Shown piece by piece: positions 36,216-49,750 of a DNA stretch of 64,000 nt. The translations under genes and the position numbers were made by a program. How positions within the stretch are numbered: position 1 is the stretch's first letter; each line of letters opens with the position of its first letter. The notes beneath the pieces are model-generated. The model worked only from the letters and a program-made list of their open reading frames with translations, searched no databases and had not been told where the DNA came from. Origin of the DNA: Octopus vulgaris (lineage: Eukaryota); contig OX597820.1 of the NCBI GenBank assembly GCA_951406725.2, forward strand, positions 47,182,001 through 47,246,000, in the 5' to 3' direction.

Positions 36216-37147
36216 TAAGTGTGTGATGTTTGCTATAGGTAGCCATCATTATATGCAAGGAGTTGGACGTTGTATCATACTTATTTCATTATAACTGGTA
36301 TATATATATATATATATCATAGTTGTAGTGGCGCACGTAACAAGGCCAAGAAAAGAGACGGTGGTAATCACACAGGAATATATAATATATATATATATAT
36401 CCTTTCTCCACCTCTGTCTCTCTATTTTCAACCGACTTGACTCTGTACAAAAGAATAGTTGAGAATTTTTACTTCTCTTAAAAGGGAACCATATAGACAG
36501 AAAAAAAAAGAAGGGAAAACACAAGAGAACAGCAAGCCCCCCAAAAATAATAGGGCATTTGTTACATACATAAATCTGAGGTGGAACTTGTTGGAAGTAA
36601 CTGCTGAGTCGAACAGACGAGCAAGAACATTCAAGCACGGATAATATCGAAGGAGAATTCGAAAAGCGCCAGATCTCCGTTTGTTTGAATATTTTTTTTA
36701 TATATTTCTTTTCTTTCTCTCTGCACTAAATTCTAACCAGCTGCGTGTGTGTGTGTGTGTGTGTCTGGTGTTGATTCTTCTCCTGTAAAATAAGAAGCCG
36801 AGCCAAAGAACAGACGTTTCATGTGTGTGAAGGTCTAACAATTTGTCTTATTTTATTTTTATTCACTAACCCGAAAGAAAGGGATAAAAGGCATATTTTT
36901 AAAAATCGTACATTATCTAAATTGACGAAAAAAATAATTGCCGTCACTGACCAAATCTTGTTCTATGTAGCATCTATTTAGATGTATTTGTAAATTCCTT
37001 ACTTTATATCCCCCCAAAATAAGATTTTTATTTTCGATTTTTTTTTTAAAGAGTTAAAAAGAAGAGGAGAGTAAACCTTGCTTAAAGCAATCTAAAGTAA
37101 AAAGTTCGTGAACTAGAATTGTGACTGGAAGTTATCAGTTAAATTTT

Positions 37148-37876
37148 ATGCCCCGATATCGAGATACAATGCTAGATTGTAAAGTTTATGTTGGGGATCT
37201 TCCCCGTGATGCATCAGAGAAAGAGCTGGAACGGTCTTTTCGCCACTACGGCCCGCTGAAAAGCGTATGGGTAGCCCGAAACCCTGCTGGGTTTGCCTTC
37301 GTTGAATACGAAGACCCACGCGATGCCGAGGATGCGATCCGCGCCCTAGATGGTAAGACGATGTGCGGGGTTCGAGTCCGCGTGGAACACTCCACGGGCA
37401 AAGTGCGGCCGAAGCCATGGTCACGCGGTGGCGGTGGTGGAGGAGGAGGGGGTGGCGGTGGAGGCGGTCGTGGACCGTCGCGTCCGCGGCGTCCATTTAA
37501 CCCCGAGGACCGTTGTTACGAATGTGGCGAACGGGGACACTACGCCTACGAGTGTAACCGCTACAACCGAAGGCGAAGGTCGACTGGCGGTGGGATGGGC
37601 GGTGGCCCCGGAGGTGGAGGTGGTTTTGGAGGTGGTGGCGGTGGCTTTAGCGGCGGTCATGGAGTTGGTTCATCAGGTCGGTCAAGAGGTGGAGGTGGTG
37701 GACGGAGGAGCTACAGTCGCAGTCGGAGTCGTAGTAGTAGTCGTAGCCGAAGTCGCAGTCCCAGGAGTCGCACCAAGTCACGTAGTCGCAGCTTCACTCC
37801 ACAGTCCAGGTCATCCCACTCGCCGCTGAGCCGGGGTAGAGACAGTCCTCTGACTAGGAACGGCACGGACGACTAA
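37148..37876 (+). CDS. SRSF7: Serine/arginine-rich splicing factor, SRSF7 (9G8/x16)/SRSF3 family, 242 aa, uninterrupted CDS
   Basis: ATG at 37148 (MPRYRD...). [11 protein letters not shown]...[29 protein letters not shown] knuckle [15 protein letters not shown] (present in SRSF7, absent in SRSF3), Gly-rich linkers, RS domain; TAA at 37874-37876. Confidence 0.95.
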   Translation: MPRYRDTMLDCKVYVGDLPRDASEKELERSFRHYGPLKSVWVARNPAGFAFVEYEDPRDAEDAIRALDGKTMCGVRVRVEHSTGKVRPKPWSRGGGGGGGGGGGGGGRGPSRPRRPFNPEDRCYECGERGHYAYECNRYNRRRRSTGGGMGGGPGGGGGFGGGGGGFSGGHGVGSSGRSRGGGGGRRSYSRSRSRSSSRSRSRSPRSRTKSRSRSFTPQSRSSHSPLSRGRDSPLTRNGTDD

Positions 37877-39443
37877 ATTCATCACCTCCACCTATGTATA
37901 TATATATACAAATATATATATATATATATAGCTTTAGTTAATTGTAGCCTTCTTAACCTTATTCACATACCTCAGTCATAACTACCAGCACCACGACTCT
38001 CGCGCCTCTCGCTCAATGTCCTTTATAACTAACCTTCTCTCTATTTACAATCTCTTCCACACACTCGTCTACATTTAACCGCCGTCACTTTACCCTTTCT
38101 AATGTCTTAATTCTCAAATCATTTTCTCCCCCAGATTTCTAATTTACAAAAAAAAAAGTTGATCAAACAGATCATTAGTTGTAAATTCCAAATTGAAAAT
38201 CAGGATTTCTAATGATAGCGATATAACAATTGCTGCTTTTTTTTTTTTTTTATTAATTTTTTTTTTCGTAGTGGGAGTGTAATGGAGTTCTCTCATAGTC
38301 CTTCATATTATCTTACAGTGTTGTGACGTTCATTTCATTCTTTAGTAACATTTACAACCTAAGTGAAGTAAAGTATTTTTTGCATCAACAGAGAATCGAA
38401 AAAACTAGAGCACTGCCTTAGCTCGCCCGAGTTCGAAGTACCTAAGTATGTTTGCTATTCTCTAGTTGGAATCGCTTCACATATGCTGTTGATGGCACTT
38501 TAGCAATGCATGAACATCACAGCGTGCTCATTCTATTTCACCCACCCAGTAGTTGTAGCCATGTCACATCGCTTAACAATGCTGATGTCCTTGAGAAAGG
38601 CATGAATGTCATGCAATCACCTTTGCCGTTTTCATTTACATAAGGCTACGTAAGTAAGGGCTGCTCTGCTCGTTCAGGGTTCATCTGGGGCTAAACAACA
38701 ACTTTCATTATGTCAGAAGATAAATACGTGTCAGAAATCTTCCTCCAAATATTTGTAATCTTGTGCCAATATAATTATTATCATTATCGTTGTCTTAAGA
38801 GAGCTGTGGGGGTCGGAGAAATGGTAAGAGTGCCGGGCTGCTTTGGTACGTATTTTCAATCCTCACCCAAATTAGGGGCAACTTTATCTTTCTTCCTTTT
38901 GAGGGAGGGTCGCTAACATAAATCTCTGTCATTATATTTGAATCGATTAAATCGATTACTTCTTCCCTATAGATACGTGGCCAAATTTAATATATGAGGG
39001 TGGTCAAGCTTCAGATACAGAATGTCAAATTTATCCCCCACCCCCATTTCCCCAGTATTTTAAGTTTCTGTCCTACGGGCTGAAGTTCAAGTCACGCTAG
39101 TGTCGACTTTACCTTTCATCCTTCCTTGATGAAATATGAATAAATAGTGGAGTTAATTTCATTGACTTACCTCCTACATTCTCCCTTACAGATTTGTAGC
39201 CCTGTACCTAATGTTAGAAACTAGATAGATGCTTCATTGCTGAAGCAAACCGGAATTGAACAGCCAATATATATTCTAAAGTTATCTTACAAATTACCCT
39301 TACGCGTATATACGTTACAAATTACCCTTATGCGCATATACGTGTATGAGTGTTATGGACGTGTGTGTGTGTATTTATACACACACACACATATCCAACT
39401 ACATTTGTAAATATTTTCAGTGTCTAGGATACAAATATCTATC

Positions 39444-39474
<31 letters not shown>

Positions 39475-39563
39475 CATAAATATTGTATGTGAAATGAATA
39501 TAGACACGTTTGTTATATATATATATATATATATATAGTTGCGTACATGTTTATTTGGTTGTT

Positions 39564-39603
<40 letters not shown>

Positions 39604-42600
39604 CATATATACATATACGTTGTATATGCAGTAGCTAGACATCAGTTAAATGGCTTAGAGCTAGCTTTTAATCACGTTATCACGTGTATATATGTTATTA
39701 CGCATATACACACGCACGCCGCGCGCGCGTGTGTGTGTGTGTGCGTGCGCATACATATATGAATATGTATACATACATACATACATACATATACGTATAA
39801 CCAGACATCAGTTTAAAAGCTTAGCAGTAGTTTTTAATCATATTAATTAGGCATTGTTATTAAAGTAATGGATATTTATCAAACAATCGACATCCCTATG
39901 TTTTACATTAATTGAATAAAAAAAAGAAAAGAAAAAAAAAACTATGACGCTGAATGTGTGTCTGAGGAGAGGGCTAGAAAATCTGTTTACAATTGAATTT
40001 AGTTGCTGCCGCCACTACTACTACTACTGCTGCTGCTACTACTACTACTACTCTTGTCCTGTGTTTCTGAAGTGTGTCTTACTAGTAAACTAGAATCTCC
40101 TATTTTGGCAAAAATCAGTTTTTTCTGTATCACCAGCCCGACCCGACCCAACCCCAGCCTGCCCCCTATTCTTCTTTGCTTAGAATGTGGGGGTAAAATA
40201 TTGAAATCGGGTCTCCACCTTCTTCTCTCTGTCTTTTTCTGGCGTGGAGGTTGATGTGTTTCGCGATTGGTTGGTTGCTTATCAACTGTTGACTGTCACT
40301 ACATCTCAGTCAGTTCTCTGACCTATATAAAATAACCCTTCCGCTCTACTCCACCACCCCCACCCCACCCGCCACTCACTCTAGTACCCATCAAGGCAAT
40401 AGGTCAGGTATTTCATGTCTGTGTCAAGAATAATAAAGAAATGTTAGTGTTCAATTATGTGCAAGTCACTCATTAATTAGTAGGGAGTTCAAACGTAGGT
40501 TTATTATTTTAGGTTCTCATCCAGCCATGGGCTGAATTTATTTTAGATTTTCTCTATGCACCATTACTCTCTTACCTCTTAGTGTGGAATAAGTACCAGT
40601 TTATAAACTGATGTGTACAATTCAAGTGTACAAGGGAAATGAAATTAGCTCCTTCAATATAGTACCAGCAGCTTGTTTGGAAAATAATTTGTCACCTTTC
40701 TTCTCTCACTCCTAGAAATATTCATTGTTTTCTAATCATCAAGAGCTGATTATCATACCACATTAATTTCCATCTGATTTTCCCCTCTCTTCTCTCTACT
40801 CAATAAAGTTGGCTTTGTGGTAACGTTGGTCCTTGTCTAAGGCGCTCATTTGAGCAATAAGCTGTTGAAACTTCCTTAATCCGACAGATATGCAATTATT
40901 TCTCCTAATATACCCTTTCACCTTTTAGCAGTAACCTTCCCTCTTTCACTAACAATGTCCTTTTCCTCCAAGATCTGTGCCACTGCCACCACTCCAAATA
41001 TTACCTACACATTTTTCTGAAAGTCAGAATATTCTCTGATTATTAAAATATATGTTTGATCTGAGCCTTTAACACCCCTATCCTACCTCTGTTGACCTAA
41101 ATACCATCAGTTTGAACAGGAGCAACAATGAATGGGTCTGCTCCATTTTGGAAACTATGGAAAAGAAAAGCAATGATATCAAGAAGCAGTCACACATGCA
41201 AGGGAGCCTTTTTTTTTGTTTGTTTTGGTATTGCCTCTTTATTTGTTTATGCTACTGTGCCTGCAACTCCTTATCGATGCAGGATAGCAGTTCAATGTTA
41301 GCTGAAAATCACATCAACAGAACCTAAACAGGGAAAACAAGGGAGAATTCTCCTCACTCAAAACGAGACCTCGTGTATGTGTGAAAGTCACAAATAAGTC
41401 TGCATCTACAAGAACTTTCATAATAATCATTATTCTATGGTTTGGTTCGGGGACTGTTCTTCATCTTGATATCTATGTATTGACAGACTGAAGCACCAGA
41501 CGTCTGTGTGTGTGTGTGTGAGCATATTTGGTGTCAAATCTGCTGTCTTGTTTATTTTATTCTGTATTAGTTAATAAATCTTTCTGTCAGTCAGTCCTTC
41601 CTGATTTATAACAGGTGACACTGTCACTAGATTAAACCATGGTGCTGAAAATGTGGCCAAGAAATAAATTGCACCTCATGCAGAACTTTATCAATATTAT
41701 TATTGTGTTGAGAGAGACTGGAGGCAAATGTTCATGAGAATATTCTATAACATTGTCTTGATACCTGATTTGGAACATTGAAATTTCTTCAGTAATGGCC
41801 ATTTTGAAATATGGTTCTGCTTAAATGTATCAAAAACATTGCTATTCAGTTATTTGTCAAAAGAAGCAAGAAAAAAAAAAACGACTCCTGCTTTGTTAAC
41901 ATCCATTGTGCAACACCTAGGTATCAGAAGAGAGACTTGATTTCAGTTTGAAACCATTTCATCAACTTACTATGGTTTTTAATAACTTCAGTGAAGTTCT
42001 TAAATGTCACGGTCTCCTACCATTTCTTTTGAGCAAGTAACTGTAATGCTTCATAACTCATAATAATTAATATCATGAAAGCTGGTTTTGACACAAACAA
42101 ATGATAGAAAGCTGTATTCTCACGTTCTGGATTCAGTTTTGCTACATTTGATTCTCATTCTCCTATTCTATTCTTGGCAAGATTGAGCTCTTGTTTTCCT
42201 TTGCCTCCTTCCTCAGTGATAAAGAACATTTTGTATACCAGTAACATTGGTGGGTTGAAACAGATTTGATTGCTTGTATCTAATTCTTCCCACTTCCAAG
42301 AAAATATACATCACTACTATTATCATCACCAAAACGGCAGATAGAACTCACAGAAGCAGCTGAACTGAATGGGCAAGAGATTTGGAGATGTATACTCAGT
42401 TTGATAAATAATCATGAAAGAATTAAAGCTATTTTGAATCTCATTTCTGGTGAGAAAATAGCGAAAGAGAGAACTGGTCAATCCCATCAACCATCATCTT
42501 CAACACCAACTGATAATTAATAATTATACAGCAGCAAATTTATTGATATCACCTGGCATCATCTCCTCCTTTCTTAATATCAGATGAGCAACCGTAATCT

Positions 42601-43480
42601 CAAGAACAGTGATACAATGGTAAATAAAAGGAGCAGTAGCAGCCACAACAAAACCCATTGTCATACTGTTGTATATTGGAGCAACACCAGCACAATTCAT
42701 TCCTGTACAAGAAGTACTAATTGACAAACAGCAGCACCATCAGTACTCTGTGATGACAGCAGCATCGCCAACTTTTTTTTCCCCCTAAAATACAGCAGCA
42801 GCAGCAGCGTCAACAGATTCATCCACTGCAGTGAGAAGTGACAACAGCAACAGCTGCAGCACCAACTTGATCCAGCACCCCCTGGTACCAGACAAGCAGC
42901 AACACCAACATCAATACCAACACCACCACCACCACCACCACCAGCAGCACTAACTGATTCAGCTTCCTGTAGACAGTAACAACTGCAGCAGCGGCAGCAG
43001 CAACTGATTCAGCCCCCAAGTAAGATAGAAGTGGTAACTGCAGCAACAGTAGTAGCAGCAGCAGCAACAGCAGCACTTTGTCAAGCGTAACAGCAGCAAC
43101 AAGCTACATCATGCAACTTTAACTAAAACAACATCATCATCATCATCAAAAACAACAACAAACAACATTAAACTAAAAACAACTCCTGGATCATTTGTGT
43201 ATGTATTCTATTTTTTTTGTTCTTGTTGATGTTGATGATGTGTATAAATTGTGTTTTGTTCCTTATTATTTGTGTGGAATTTTTTTAATGTTTTAATTAC
43301 TTTGTTGGTTTGAAATTAAGAAGAAAGGTAAACTTTATATATATATATACATATATACATATATATATATATATATGAATAGAATATTTCTGTGATCAAA
43401 ATGATAGTGTGTACATTGCAAATATTTTTTTTTTTTATATCAGTTAATGAAATTATGTTTAATAACAGGTATACAATAGA

Positions 43481-43486
43481 AATAAA
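43481..43486 (+). terminator. Candidate distal poly(A) signal
   Basis: AATAAA after an AU-rich UTR-like block, followed by U-rich and GU-rich sequence (TGTCTGTTTGTG). Confidence 0.4.
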
Positions 43487-43771
43487 GATTTTTTTTAGTT
43501 GTAAAACATATGTCTGTTTGTGATATTAATAGCTGAAGAATTGATTATTCAGCTATTAATGAAAAGTATTTAGTACCCTGCAAATTAGCTTTGAGTTTGC
43601 TTGCTTAATATTGCTTTCAATATATATGTATGTGTGTGTGTGCAAGCAACAATTATTTTAATTGTTCATAAAGACAGAAATAATGTAAGTATATAAGTTT
43701 AACTGTGCACAATTACTTTTTGATCACCCTGCCTATGTTTGTGTGTGTGTGTATATACATATGTATACATG

Positions 43772-43804
<33 letters not shown>

Positions 43805-43874
43805 GAAGCTACAAGTGGCTGCATATTGTGTATGTAATATACATACCCATACATCTGTGTAGTATGCAATAGTT

Positions 43875-43937
<63 letters not shown>

Positions 43938-46900
43938 GACATACTGTAAGTATTACATATATTCACATAAACGTATGTATATATAAATAAAAGCGCACAT
44001 TATTACATCTATACACATTTGTGTGTATGTGTATATATATATATGTAAATACACACATACATGCATACATACACACCCACACTGTATGTGTTATGTGTAT
44101 ACACACACACACGTGTGTGTGAGAAGAATGTTAGTAAAACATGTATGTGTGTATGTACAATGTGACCAAAAGTTTCCATACAAAAGAAATTATAAACAAT
44201 ATTGCATGTATTTTATTTCTTCTCTTCTGGCTAATAATGATTAACTAGAAAATTTGTTAGTTTGCCTAGTTTTTAAGGAAAATACATGATTTTTTTTTTT
44301 TTCTGTTTATTATTCTTGCTTTTTTTTTTTGCTTAACAATTGTATGTTTAAATATTGTTTGTTATGGTAAATATAATTGAATACAAACTCTGCAGAGAAA
44401 TTTTTTTATTTCATGTTTTTGCCTTTATGCTTTTGGTAAATTTCAATGAAGATGTTTCCACAGATCTGACTTATTGATATTTGTGCTGTGTGTGATTTTG
44501 GTAGTATGTGTGTGTGTGTATATATATTATATTACATTATTATATATTCTAATGCAGTGCATATGTGTTGATTCTGCTATGCTGAAGTTTTTATATATAA
44601 GAAAGAAAGGTAAAACCAGGAATATTGGGTGACATTTTAGAATTATTCTGTGGAGAAAGAAATAAAAGTTAAATTATTTTAACACAGAGAACTATATTAT
44701 AGATTTTATTTATTTATACTTTTATATATTTTTGTTGATCCACTTTCTGTTAACCTTTACCTCCCCTCTATCCACAGTTAATATGCATTTTAGGAGTATG
44801 TGTCTCACTTGTACAATAGCATACATTGGTAAATGTTCTTTGGAAGCAGTTAGGTATCAGTAGGCAAACCAAGGGTATCCCTAGAGTTGCAATAAATGAA
44901 ATGGCACTGGGAAAGTGTTGAGTGTAATAAGAAAAGGTCCCTTTGATAGAAATTGTATCTAAAAGAAATGAAAAAAAATTCCTCTTTGTTCCTCAAGGAA
45001 TTTGTCTTTCTGGTCAAGATAAAGTGGATAGAAAATTTGTTGAAAATATTAGCACTAAATTATCAAGGATTTAATCTAAAACCTTCATTTGTCAATCACA
45101 GCAGATTACTTTGAGCTTAAAAGCTTGATGTGGTTCAACATGCTTGAAGCATCAAGAATTGAGGTGCTTGATTTGAAGAAACTCTTTGTTCTTTCTTGAA
45201 AGTTTCTACCTAATTAGAATCTAGTCAAAGCACTATGCCATTCTGGTAGCCATTTGATGGTTGATTAGTAGTTGATAATTTGCTAATTAGTGCTTGGCAT
45301 TGCTTGGTTAAATTTCAACTGGAACAAGTAGATGATTTGGTTTAATTAGGAATTGCCTTCCTGCTAATTGACCATTCTTAGAATGTCTTTGAATGGTGCT
45401 TTCTTCATGATAGTGGCATCTCAGTAATAAGCAGGACGATGATCAAACTGATTTTGAAAATATTTTGTCTTCTGTGCACTGATATATCCAATTCTTCTAT
45501 CAGTATGGAACTTGATATACATCTACTAAGAACTGTATGGTTTTGGAAGTATTTATCAGTTATTGCCTAAGAAGAATAATATGAATGCATGTTTACTTCA
45601 TTGACCAATTGTGTGTGTGTCGTTTATACTCGGAATACCATCGTTTTGACTGGTTCATTCATATACATCTTAGTGTTCTGAATTGGTCTTCATTCATGCT
45701 GCTGTTTATCAATCCCCCAGAAATTGATCCTTTCAGACCACAAAACCAATACAGCATTCAAGATTCTGTAGTATTTAATGGATGATATATTGTCTTTCAC
45801 TAAGACTGGTCTAATGCATGTATATCTACAAAGAGCTATTGCTGACTTTTTTTAATGTTTACATCTCAGTTAGTTAGGATCAACGTAGAGTGAAGTATCT
45901 AACCCAGAAGTATGAGACACTAGCTATTACATAAGGACATGGTAAATTATTGTCATACATTATCTCAACTGGGACAGTCTCATTGTTCTGGGAAAGCATC
46001 TGCGGGTCATATATGCCTCTCTCACCTTCATCCCCAATCCACTTCTCTGTTGTATGGCCAATGTTGTTTCCTTTCCATTTACCGTGATTCACATTGAAAT
46101 TTAATTACCTGCTTTAGAAGAGATTAAGAGGTAAAGTAAGAAGGAGGTGGGAGCTGTGCCTAGGCTACCAATGGAAAGGGGAAATGATGTCTAGAGTTGA
46201 ATGATACAACACTATTAGCCATAGGACAAAAATTAAGCTTTATTCTGAATCAAGTTCGTCACCACTGTGGGAATATAATTAAACCATTGACTGTTAAATC
46301 TGAGGTTGTACCTGACATGTGATGACAACTGGTGAAAAAAACCCAGATATGTCAAACATACAGCTCACAGCCCAGATCCAGCCCCCTTGGCTCAATTCTA
46401 TAAAGAAAATATTTTGTAAAATATGTGACTAGCATGTGTTCATAGTTGAACTCCTTTCGGAGTTTCCATTAATGCTGGTTCTAATTTGTCAAATTGATGC
46501 AACCAGCCAGTAAGAAAGAAGTCCATAAATTCATGTACTAAAAGATGTGATCTATTTTCCCTTCACTTGTCTGTAGATGGGAAGTTGTTTTCTTATGTTT
46601 TGCAAATGATATTCAATAGATTGGGTTCTAGTGGTATGAATGCTATTGAAATTTCATGCAGTAGTAACTGCAAATTTTCTATTGTGTCTTGGTATTCTCA
46701 AGGACTTATCTGCATTCATTTGGACTGTTTTTTGTCTCCTTTCTCCCTCTAAGCATATTATGTGGATGTGTTTGTGTTCAGAGATGCATCTCTGTGCACA
46801 AATTTCTTGAACACCATTATTGTTAAAGCCAATCAGTTTGAAGTTGTATATGTACACATGTATACTTATGTGTGCATTCACATTTATGTGACTGTAAAGT

Positions 46901-47919
46901 GTGTTGTATTCATTTTGTATAGTCTTGTCTCATTCTCTTGAAAATGATGTAGAACAGTTGTATTGAGGATGCCTGTTGAAGGAGAAAAAAAGCATTCACA
47001 GCTGTTCTCTTGTCTTTTGACTGAGTCTTTTTCTTAAAGGTATATCAGTTTTTGGAGAATTTTTTTTTTATTCTTGAGATTAATTACTTTTTTTAATCTG
47101 GAGCTAGCACCATTTGCTAGCAACTGATCAGTCTCCTTTCTCTTGGAGCAGAGATAATTTCAATAAATCGAAAATTGATCTTTTTCTGCTATTTGCCTTT
47201 GTTCAAATATATGCCACTGGCCATACATTTGAACAACACTTTGCGCATTTTAGTTTTGTGTGTGAGATTGAATTTCATGTATAGCGACATAAAACTGCAT
47301 CGTGTTGCGTCTCCTTGCGCCAAAAAGTAATGTAGCTATTCGCTTGGGATCGATAAAGTAAGTACCATACTGCACTTAGTTGTAGGGTCGATATATTCGA
47401 CCAATAACCTCTGAAGGCAGTATTCTAGCATGGCTTTAGTTTCGTTCTTCAACTAGGAAAGAGCATAAACAACCATCTTGAATATCCTCGAAATTATATG
47501 GTCATGGCTAAATGCCTTTATTATACACGGTTTTCAATTAGGGTTGGCCTGCGATTAAACAAAAGCTAGGAGCTAAAGAACGCTTCTGGTTGGTAAGCTT
47601 AACAGGCTAGATCGCAAAATCAAGCAAGTCCTTCCGTCTAAAAAAAATCAAAAAAATCGGAGTGGTCATTGCTGGAACGCCTTTGACATCGGAGTCAGGG
47701 CGTAGGTTAGGGCGAACTAGGAGCTAAATGACAACCAGGACATTGTGCTATGGGAAAATTATTAATTAAAGGTACACGAGTTTTAACTGTCCCTTCGTGA
47801 AATCTCTCTTCTCTTCGTTCTTTCTTATAGTTTAGCCTCACACACCACGTTGCTCGCTTTTTATTCTTTACCTCTGTGCTAAATACATTGTGTATCCCCT
47901 TCCTTCCTTCCTTTTGCAG

Positions 47920-47979
47920 GTTACACGTGTGTCTGTACCGTGTTGGTAGTAGCAGTAGTGGTGATAGTGTAATTGCAGC
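47920..47979 (+). other. Candidate 60-nt exon of an unidentified + strand transcript
   Basis: Long polypyrimidine tract CCCCTTCCTTCCTTCCTTTTGCAG acceptor and AGC|GTGAGT donor. Confidence 0.45.
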
Positions 47980-49269
47980 GTGAGTGGGTCACGTGACACA
48001 CACACACAAAAAAATGAAATTCGCTGGGTACTAAACTAATGGCTTTGCGTGTCTCCAGCAAAATATAGAAGCTAATAATAACTTGTGGATGAGAATCATT
48101 AGAGCGTTGGTAAAAGTGCCTTATGGCACTCGTTCAGTCTTTAGGTTGTTCTGAGGTCAAATACTGTCGAGGTCAACAGTATCTTTCATCCCTTCTGGCG
48201 TTGATATTAAATACCAGGTCGATCAATCGTTTAACCTTATCCCCTCAACATTGCTGGCCTTAAATCACTAAATTATATATATTGAAATGCTGGACAAATT
48301 ACCTGCGGTGTTTAGTTACTGCTCTTCATAGATTGAATTCGAATTTAGCTTTACCTGTTATCCTTCTTGGATTGATTAATTATAAAGAAAATAAAAAATA
48401 TTAACCACAGTCTAGTCCATTTAGTATTGCTATGAATCTTTCTAGATGTGAAAGGAATTACATATAAAAAAAAAAACTGTATAGTACAGAATGATTCTTT
48501 AAGAGTATCTACAACTTCATTTGTAGAGGAAATGAGGTTTTGAGTATGAACGGTTTAATATCTTACGACACGCTAACTTGTTGAAATCTAGAGTAGAGAG
48601 CTATTTTTATTTGCCTTCACTTTTTCTTTCCACTTGCCATTGATAGCGGTTGGAGGATCTTGTTACATCTCCTTCCAACCTCTTGAAGTTTTTCAAATTT
48701 TTACCATGTTATTTAAAAAAAAAAAAATGTAGTTTTGATTGCGGTTCTGCTGATGACGAACAAAGCGTTCGTTTTGTTTTGTTTTGAAATTAATAAAGAT
48801 GTCTCAAGTATCTCAAGTTGTGTGCAATTTTAGCCAAACGGGCATCAGCATGCAGAACTTACATTAAGAAAAAAATATGACAAAAATTTGAAATTCTCCA
48901 CGTGGTTGAAAGAAATTTAATAAGGATCCTATCGTTTTCTTAAATCCCTGTCTGAAACCCTCAGATGTCATGTGTTGTATGAGCGCGCGAGAATTGGGGC
49001 AACATTGTTTTCCTTTGTTTTTAAGTATATGCCTATAGGGTAAAGTTAATTTCAAATGAATGGTCATTCGTCTGAATCGACTATCATGGAATAAATTAGG
49101 TTTTCACAATGACTTGTCGAATGCATAGACGCAAGAGTTAGATTCTGACCCAGGACCTTCATCCCATTCCAGGGTTAGAATAGGCGATCTATATAGTTCT
49201 TCAAGTCAAAAACGAAAGATCCCCGTGGAATAAATACTAGTCATAAATGGTAAAAATAAATCGATTCTA

Positions 49270-49750
49270 TCTCCTGCTTAGTAGCATTTCGTCTCTGTAC
49301 GTTCTAGGTTCAAATTCTGCCAAGATTGACATTGCCTTTCATCCTTTCGTGGTCTATGAAATAAATAATAGTTGCATCCCTGGGAGTCGATGTAATCGAC
49401 TAGCCCCCCCCCCCACAAAAAATTCAGGCCTTGTGCTTATTATAATTGAAAGTATTATTATTACCATCATCATTATTTTCAAATCCCGTCGATGTCACCT
49501 TTGCCTTTCATCCTTTGGGGTCAAATAAAATAAGTACTAGTTGATCACTAAAATTGCTGGCCTTGTGCCAAAGATTTGAAACCGTTATTATTATTATAAT
49601 TATCTTCATAAAATCTCTCCGAGGTTTGCCTTTATCTTTACGGGATCGTTAAAAACAAAAAGAAATATCTGTCTACTACAGGGGTCGAATATAATCGCGT
49701 ATCCCACCGCCCTTTAAAATTGCTGGTCTTGTGCCAAAGTTTGAAACGAA
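49270..49750 (+). mobile_element. Cluster of degenerate family B SINE fragments
   Basis: Repeated GCCTTTCATCCTTT...AAAATTGCTGGCCTTGTGCC. Confidence 0.65.

Noticed and set aside
37121-37147. Upstream GTG start used by the ORF track
   Set aside because: Eukaryotic gene; ATG at 37148 gives a family-like N-terminus
37420-37705. Functional link between Gly-rich tracts of the SR protein and the nearby tRNA-Gly cluster
   Set aside because: Only proximity; tRNAs act in trans and there is no supporting evidence
37146-37829. Overlapping alternative-frame and antisense ORFs
   Set aside because: Shadows of the GC-rich SR coding sequence
44850-46700. Possible ancient minus-strand LINE RT remnant (LDAS...KL-like)
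   Set aside because: Too degraded to support by eye
47199-47237. Hairpin TTGTTCAAAT...ATTTGAACAA as a pre-miRNA
   Set aside because: Stem too short and no known mature miRNA recognised
48746-48772. CTGATGA followed by a stem (hammerhead-like)
   Set aside because: No GAAA core after stem II
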